Shown: in pieces, positions 60,601 to 64,000 of the stretch | How the letters are laid out: each line of letters starts with the position of its first letter | How positions within the stretch are numbered: the first letter of the stretch is position 1 | Assembly (NCBI GenBank): GCA_965221695.1 | Contig: OZ244905.1 | Span: forward strand, 800,001 to 864,000 | Direction of reading: 5' to 3' | DNA: 64,000 nucleotides | Source: Gammaproteobacteria bacterium | GTDB lineage: Bacteria; Pseudomonadota; Gammaproteobacteria; Eutrophobiales; Eutrophobiaceae | Program-made: the position numbers and the translations under genes | The notes under the pieces: generated by a model | Seen by the model: only the letters and a program-made list of their open reading frames with translations | Databases searched by the model: none | What the model was told of the DNA's origin: nothing

Positions 60601-61882
60601 TGCTGCCGGCAATGTCCGTCCAGTTGCCGTAGTTGGTCTCGTTGATCTTCTTCCACTGTACCTGATACTTGGTGATACTGCTGTCGCCCGGGTCAATCCA
60701 GCGCAGTTCCACCTCCATGCTGTAAGCTAACGCCCTCAGACCGCTGGGCCGGGCGGGCGGCAGCCCCGGTGTCGCTGATGCTTCAGCCGATTCGGCGCTG
60801 TTGCCCTGGGCGTTCACCGCCCGAATCCGGAACGTGTAGGTGGTCCCGTTGGTCAACCCGGTAACCGTGTGGCTGGTGGTGGCGCCGCTGCCGTCAATGT
60901 CCGTCCAGTTGCCGTAATTACCGTTGCCTTGCTTGCGCCGCACCTGGTACTTGGTGATGTTGCTGTCGTTCGGGTTTGTCCAGCTCAGTGTCACCTCGGT
61001 ATTGCCTGGGGTAGCGCTCAATCCTGTTGGCTGGGCCGGTGGCCCTATCGGCGTCGCCGTCACGGTCGCCGCTTCGGAGCTGTCACCGCCGGCGTTCACT
61101 GCCCGAATCTGGAAGGTGTATGCCGTGCCGTTGGTCAGTCCGGTGACCAAGTGGCTGGTGGTGATCGCGCTGCTGCCGTTAATGTCCGTCCAGTTGCCGT
61201 AATTGCCGTTGCCTGCCTTCCGTCGTACCTGGTACTTGGTGATGCTGCTGTTGTCCGGATCAGTCCAATTCAGCCTCACCGTGGTATTGCCGGCGCTGGC
61301 TCTCAATCCTGTCGGCCGGTTCAGCGGCGGCACGTTGGTCGAGAAGGTTATCGTCTGCGAAGCGCCAATATTGAATACAATCTCGAAATCGTCATCGTTC
61401 AGATTTTGTTGCAAGGTGTTGTTGAAGGTCGCGCTTGTTCCATCCACATCGTAGGTGTTACCGTTTATCAGCGATGTGCTTAGCTGGATTCTGTTATTGA
61501 CGAAATTAACACGAATGAATGTGTTGGAGCTGAAGCCGCCTCCACTGGGAGCACGATCTCTGGTGCCGGAATATGGGGACGGTAACTCTAAAGACACGCT
61601 ACCAACGTCGTATGTCTTTCCGGTTCCGGATGTGCCGCCGATAAACCAATTGGAATCGTTCCCCTCGAATCGAAACGCGTGGGTTTCGATCGTCGACTGG
61701 TTACTGCGAAACGAAAAGGGAGATAGATCCAGACTGCCGTAAGCGTCTATCGTGCTGTTGGTGCCGTCGTCATGGAAATGGAACCACAGATCGCCCGCTG
61801 ACTGCGCGAGCAACGGCTGCGGACTGAACAGGCTGAGGACCAGCGCGAGTGCCGGGAACAGGCGTAGCGTGCGGTGTAGCAT
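51647..61882 (-). CDS. Giant repetitive adhesin with autotransporter-like C-terminal beta-barrel (3411 aa)
   Basis: Signal peptide; 8 FN3 repeats; 11 ~107-aa Calx-beta-like repeats; 4 cadherin/Ig-like N.AP...DADGD repeats; barrel region (TLWGDG...FHLGAD...HPY). Confidence 0.88.
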   Translation of the reverse strand: MLHRTLRLFPALALVLSLFSPQPLLAQSAGDLWFHFHDDGTNSTIDAYGSLDLSPFSFRSNQSTIETHAFRFEGNDSNWFIGGTSGTGKTYDVGSVSLELPSPYSGTRDRAPSGGGFSSNTFIRVNFVNNRIQLSTSLINGNTYDVDGTSATFNNTLQQNLNDDDFEIVFNIGASQTITFSTNVPPLNRPTGLRASAGNTTVRLNWTDPDNSSITKYQVRRKAGNGNYGNWTDINGSSAITTSHLVTGLTNGTAYTFQIRAVNAGGDSSEAATVTATPIGPPAQPTGLSATPGNTEVTLSWTNPNDSNITKYQVRRKQGNGNYGNWTDIDGSGATTSHTVTGLTNGTTYTFRIRAVNAQGNSAESAEASATPGLPPARPSGLRALAYSMEVELRWIDPGDSSITKYQVQWKKINETNYGNWTDIAGSSATTTGHRVTGLDNDTEYNIRIRAVNARGNSAASAALTVDVYPPGQHLNFMRDLETTAGDTTVTLNWTWGFPQNPPTIFDRYQVRWKQSGGNYGNWTDIAGSDFFTISHIVTGLTNNIEYTFEIGSLFTDGHRITEDATATPMPPPAQPTGLTATAGDTEVALSWTNPNNRSIARYQVRQKTGNNNYGDWTTISGSNRNTTSHTVTGLTNNTAYTFQVRAVNAIGDGAESAAVTATPATPPAQPTGLTATANNMQVALRWTDPGDNSITRYQVRQKAGSGNYGNWADIDGSSAATTRHTVTGLTNDTAYTFRIRAMSANTPGPESAEVTATPVSVAAPTSLTARASTEVPDVVTLTWAMTANETIDSWRYRTRQGSGNFGRWVDIRDSRGSLKDHSTRTHAVSDLPIGSSLTFEVRAVVDGVGQVPSPQASATPNILDGWLNFKTAGCSARGPILLDPDAPPGRRDVWLSQNGDPIEFGIAIFADDCRPMRDHSGADWPHAWQTLYDEYSTSFGPAPSGVFRVENVVRGVVVNSRDQYDYADGQNKMRITPLANSGSAIIVMSVNDYNLPGEGIGSIRYDYDIHLTVGYALLVTPTELALTEGGAADTFTVALSAEPESNVTVTVVSDDPGAAAVSPASLTFTPGNYSRAQTVTVTPQDDTDEENEQVTVALEASGAEFTRAAGEVRVTVDDDDGLAKPANLTATGGDAQVVLSWDDPQDTRITKYQLRYKLGNSFDATDAWTDMENSGASTTTHTVTRLLNNRQYVFQIRAATATLESPASDPATATPKPPPALALSDTSIPLTEGGNAEIFTAALTARPTATVTVAVASADAGAAEVSPESLTYTPNNFDIAQTLTVTPQDDADATDETTMVTLDASGAEYDDADENVAVTVDDDEAPSLTLTGVPVALFEGGPNKSFTVALTVRPTSNVNVRVFISDAGAVRTSGTGNLTFTPDNYNIAQAVTLVPQSDADAADERVTLTLDASGAEYANADRTVTVTVADDEIRSLALTGVPVALTEGGAAKTFTVALSVQPTTLVSVGLWVSDIAAVEVSPAVLTFNTANYNRPQTVTVSPVSDPDAADERVMVTLDASGGGYDNADRNVTVTVADDETASLTLTGTPVALTEGGAAKTFTVALNAEPITNVLVSLANGDTGAVTVSPATLMFRRSNYNSAQTVTVTPLDDLDASDERVILSLNASGGDYDAADEDVTVTVADDETISLTLTDTPVALTEGGAARTFTVALGAQPTANVTVAVASADAGAAAVSPDTLTFTPANYTRAQAVTVTPQDDDDAADESTRVTLDASGGGFDDADEAVAVTVDDDETATLALSPDNLGLTEGGAAGEFTVALSARPTANVTVAVASLDMGAARVSPETLTFTADNYTDAQTVTVTPQDDDDAVNESARVTLDATGAEFDDADSEVAVTVADDEGASLSLSRNSLPLTEGGAAETFTVLLSAQPTANVTVALTSADAGAAAVSPDTLTFTPDDYNNAQTVTVTPQDDDDAADETTTVTLDASGAEFDDADEAVAVTVADDETASLTLTDTPVALSEGGSAKTFTVALGAKPTANVTVAVTSLDTGAVAVSPGSLTFTPDNYTEAQTVTVSPQSDDDAANETTTVTLDASGAEFDDADEEVAVTVADDESASLTLTDIPVTLTEGGDAKTFTVALSVKPSVNVMVAVTSLDTSAAVVSPASLTFTPDNYSTAQAVTVTPVDDANAEDESTSVALDSSGAEFDDADETVVVTVTDDDMAALTITPTELTLLEGGTGTFTVALEHEPADTVTVAVSGAGDVSVSEGASLTFTLTDYATPQTVTLRAARDNDGNDDSVTVTLGAAGGGYDDLTGEVAVTVTDNFTQSSSNHPPILVAPIPDQTVVVDDTLTLDAAAAFRDADGDRLSYRTASNAPSFATVSVDATGLLTVTGVSVGLASVSVTVSDGKGGAASDTFTVTVVDSADGMNRAPEVAIPLDDQEIEVDETRQLDVSGAFIDADGDALTYTAVSDDNAVVTVAVSGNTLTLTGITVGVTNVTVTAADGRDGEASDTFTVTVIEAGAGMNQAPDVVMPLADQELEVDETRQLDVSGAFTDADGDALTYAAVSADESVVTVAVSGDTLTLTGIAVGTARVTVTASDGRGGSAEDTFMVTVVDPNRAPAVTDPLDDREIEVEDKEQVDVSGVFTDADGDPLTYTAHADHDAIVTVSVSDTVLILTGLSVGTTSVTLTAADGHGGTVSDTFNVWVTEAGIGQSDLVGVHEDVLPQLTRSVVGRTTQVLSDRIRNARARTGMSSRAGSVSAPFQAPPAAGRLAPSSGHSQAWPQAGRAGLAPERRPARSGAGQPAPVATPLPSLAGAGAPVGETYAETGSKLPLLGIDTVFTQSATGSTAAETGAETGPGLPLLGIDAAFAQSAADWPVPVATRMPSLALALAPVNDAYAQIGITLPLLGIEEVLARPLAGQPASVATPLPSLAVAGAPVTDAHAEIGITLPSLGLNERPSQSVAGQIALTSGHLLAQGVDEDAAQLSAGQLLAGNTREDYTGMDNRSQRSATGMGTAALLRPAAEVFEVFDTPGGWEHRRKVNLRQLLSRTSFVLPLNFGAGDGSGGTTDKVVTLWGDGGYNELRSKGDGAVDWDGGVASFHLGADMRVSEQALVGAALSRTEARFDYTDRGADGRALTGDYDVSLTGIHPYADWLVSENLSVWGTLGYAAGDLDLTVDEETYLEESDLELYMAALGLNGELYQDGAWQLDFRSEMLYAAMSAEDAPDVDVQRLRAVFAGSHTSVVDAGQFEQFAELGVRVDEGDGNSGAGLDLAGGLRYITQTGWLAQLRGGGLLANSDYREWQASALLEKSYQADGTGWMLRLSPHYSPTRSLGSLEGGAQRLWERNIDDMVRGQRSPDADEYQFSMQTELGYGLFVRDRLWTLYSSATGLGESSRRFTLGAEMSDVLLGGSVLRVGFEGMREESFWNAAPEHSLWLNLQWGYR

Positions 61883-61928
61883 TGAACTGAGCGCGTTGGC
61901 GCACGCAGGTGCGGATGCGAGAATGGTC

Positions 61929-61940
61929 GGGGGGGGGGGG
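61929..61940. repeat. G12 (C12 on the coding strand) homopolymer upstream of the adhesin
   Basis: Twelve consecutive G, 47 nt upstream of the adhesin start codon. Confidence 0.85.
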
Positions 61941-62226
61941 AATTAGATTCACGCAAGGACAACATGTTGATGCCGTGCCCGCCGTTACTCAAACTGTTAC
62001 GCATGGTCGGAATTTCCCCTCGTAGTATTGCTATCTTATGTACGATACTGCCGTTAAACCTTATACCTGTATCACAACAACCATTCAAATATATATGAAA
62101 TATAAGAGAAAAGCAAGGTCAAGATAAATTCGGGAATTTTTCCTATATCCCGCGCCGGCGAGATGCGCGGGCGTTAATACAGAGCAGGTGGGGCTTATTC
62201 CAGGGTTCCTTGCCGCCTGAGCCGGC

Positions 62227-62649
62227 TTACAAGACAAACTTATTTAGCGTAAATATGAACCCAACTATCAAAATCAACTGGCCCACCATCCACTTGGCCA
62301 TATCAGTCTTGGCGTGACTGATGGCAACATCAAGGTCCTGCTTGGTGGCCATGTTCTGGCGAATATCTTCGAGCTCTTCCTTGGTGGCCATGTTCTGGCG
62401 AATATCTTTGATCTCCTGTTCAACCTTGTCAAAACGCCGGTCAATTTTTTTGATGTCCGCTCTCGTCGCCAGGTTGTTCAACAGATCACCCTGCTCCGCA
62501 GCCAGCGCTTCCGCCTGCTGCTCGTTAAAACCGCATGCTGTCATCCGTTTTACGTAGGCATGTTCGTTGAACATGAGTATGTCGTGCTCCGGCGTAAAAT
62601 AATGTGATTCTGCCGCTGGTTTTGCTTGTGCTACCGTTGTTTCATTCAT
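62227..62649 (-). CDS. DUF1640/CCDC90-like coiled-coil membrane-anchored protein
   Basis: GFNEQQAEAL, LATRADI, MATK repeats, C-terminal TM (KWMVGQLILIVGFIF); RBS GGAG. Confidence 0.85.
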   Translation of the reverse strand: MNETTVAQAKPAAESHYFTPEHDILMFNEHAYVKRMTACGFNEQQAEALAAEQGDLLNNLATRADIKKIDRRFDKVEQEIKDIRQNMATKEELEDIRQNMATKQDLDVAISHAKTDMAKWMVGQLILIVGFIFTLNKFVL

Positions 62650-62763
62650 GGTTTAACTCCCGTTATTCCGTTCATTAGTTATGTAAATGATCGAGTAAAC
62701 ATTTCTGTTTACTGTTGGTAACTGATGTTAGTAGCCTGTTATGGGGTTGTCAAGGTGGAATAA

Positions 62764-62892
62764 TGTGTCGCCCGGGGGCGACGCTTTGTTTTACTGGATT
62801 CCCGCTTGCGCGGGAATGGGATGAGGGGTTAGCGCCAGCCTGGGATCGCAGGCGACTCGCCTGCTTGCGGGCGGGACGCCCGCGCTCCCAGG
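62764..62892. repeat. Composite REP-like element
   Basis: GTCGCCC/GGGCGAC hairpin, ACTGGATTCCCGC..GCGGGAATG, then CCTGGGA...GCGGGCGGGACGCCCGC..TCCCAGG. Confidence 0.8.
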
Positions 62893-63029
62893 AAAAGCGG
62901 TAAAACACAAAGTATTATGCATTTGCCCTGGGGATTTTTTCTGTATCGCTCCTGCTTCAGAAGACTGCAATAATGATAGCATCATAATATGATTGCTATT
63001 ATTGAAAGCAAATGATAGTGGTGATGATT

Positions 63030-63296
63030 ATGGTAAGTCTGACTATACGTAATATGCCGGATGATATTCATCGTGCATTACGAGCACGCGCTGCCCGAAA
63101 TGGTAACAGCACGGAAGCTGAGGTCCACGCAATCCTGAAAGATACCGTAAAGCCGGCGAGTCGCGTCAAGCTGGGTTCGATACTGGCTGGGATAGGTCGC
63201 AAAGCACAATTGACCAACGAAGAATTCGCGATCATTGAGCAAGTACGCGACAAGATACCTGCTCGGAGTTGTCCTGCTGCCATCCGAAAAACGTAG
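63030..63296 (+). CDS. FitA/StbC-like ribbon-helix-helix antitoxin (orphan)
   Basis: SLTIRNMPDDIHRALRARAARNGNSTEAEVHAIL; no VapC gene follows. Confidence 0.85.
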   Translation: MVSLTIRNMPDDIHRALRARAARNGNSTEAEVHAILKDTVKPASRVKLGSILAGIGRKAQLTNEEFAIIEQVRDKIPARSCPAAIRKT

Positions 63297-63315
63297 GGCT
63301 ACATTAATGTAGCCC

Positions 63316-64000
63316 TTAACCGATGAAGCGCTTGCGCAGTTCGGTCTTTTGTATCTTGCCGGTGGCCGTGTGCGGGATTTCATCGACCCAGGCCACGTCA
63401 TCGGGCAACCACCACTTAGCCACCTTATCCTGCAGCCAATCCAACATTGCTTCCTTGCTCAGTTCACTGCCTTCTCTCCGGACTATGATGAGCAGCGGCC
63501 GTTCTCCCCACTTCGGGTGGGGCACGCCGATAACGGCCGCCTCGGCGACATCGGGATGGCCGACTGCTTCGTTTTCCAGTTCAATGGAACTGATCCATTC
63601 GCCGCCGGACTTGATCACGTCTTTGGACCTGTCGGTAATCTGCAAGTAACCCCTGGGGTCCAGGCTCCCTACATCGCCGGTACTGAACCAGCCGTCCTCG
63701 TCGTGCGCGTCACTGGGGACGCCGGTTTTGTAATAATCGCTGCAGATAAACGGGCCGCGCACCTTTATCAGTCCTGTTGATTGTCCATCCCGGGGTAACT
63801 CGTTGTTATCATCATCGACGATCTTCATCTCCACGCCGTAAAGCACGCGCCCCTGCTTCTCCCTGATCGCGTATTGTTCTTCCCGCGACAGTTTCAACAT
63901 ATCCGGTTTCAGGGTATTGAACGTGCCCAGCGGACTCATCTCCGTCATCCCCCAGGCATGATTCACATAAACGCGATAACGGTCTTCCAACTCCTCCATG
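63316..64000 (-). CDS. Acyl-CoA ligase, DmdB/long-chain type (partial, C-terminal part)
   Basis: [43 protein letters not shown]. Confidence 0.92.
   Translation of the reverse strand, partial: MEELEDRYRVYVNHAWGMTEMSPLGTFNTLKPDMLKLSREEQYAIREKQGRVLYGVEMKIVDDDNNELPRDGQSTGLIKVRGPFICSDYYKTGVPSDAHDEDGWFSTGDVGSLDPRGYLQITDRSKDVIKSGGEWISSIELENEAVGHPDVAEAAVIGVPHPKWGERPLLIIVRREGSELSKEAMLDWLQDKVAKWWLPDDVAWVDEIPHTATGKIQKTELRKRFIG

Noticed and set aside
54054-61742. Regular series of ~106-aa plus-strand ORFs
   Set aside because: They are antisense reflections of the adhesin repeat units, not genes.
48810-64000. DMSP demethylation pathway (dmdB/dmdC)
   Set aside because: Family-level similarity only; the genes are 13 kb apart and no dmdA/dmdD is in the window.

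Overview
GC-rich bacterial chromosome segment, most likely from a marine gammaproteobacterium. The gene mix (TonB receptors, FO synthase, squalene-hopene cyclase, many toxin-antitoxin relics, a giant FN3/Calx-beta/cadherin adhesin) resembles sponge symbionts, but that is inference. In order along the window: GST/GntR/TonB receptor; a four-gene operon of ECF sigma, a membrane anti-sigma with a dockerin-like motif, a secreted cohesin-like protein and a VIT-vWA lipoprotein (best candidate for an undescribed signalling system); a ~12.5 kb defence island (HicAB, an AT-rich 749-aa nuclease/PIN-like gene, a broken HEPN module, type I R-M with an embedded ImmA/IrrE-DUF4411 pair, orphan DUF433); a minus-strand catabolic region (LLM, FAH-family, M20, fbiC, TonB receptor, deacetylase, homocitrate-synthase-like, two PanE, M24); an orphan multi-hairpin non-coding element at 28.9-29.1 kb; housekeeping and metabolic genes (dinB, shc, acyl-CoA enzymes); and a 3411-aa autotransporter-like adhesin with an upstream 12-nt homopolymer. 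Intergenic DNA carries an IS5-type ~150-bp all-hairpin MITE (three full copies with 4-bp YTAR duplications and compensatory base changes, plus a 27-bp minimal copy) and a modular REP/BIME-like family. No rRNA, tRNA, CRISPR array, integrase or transposase was recognised. All calls come from reading motifs by eye; no database search was run.
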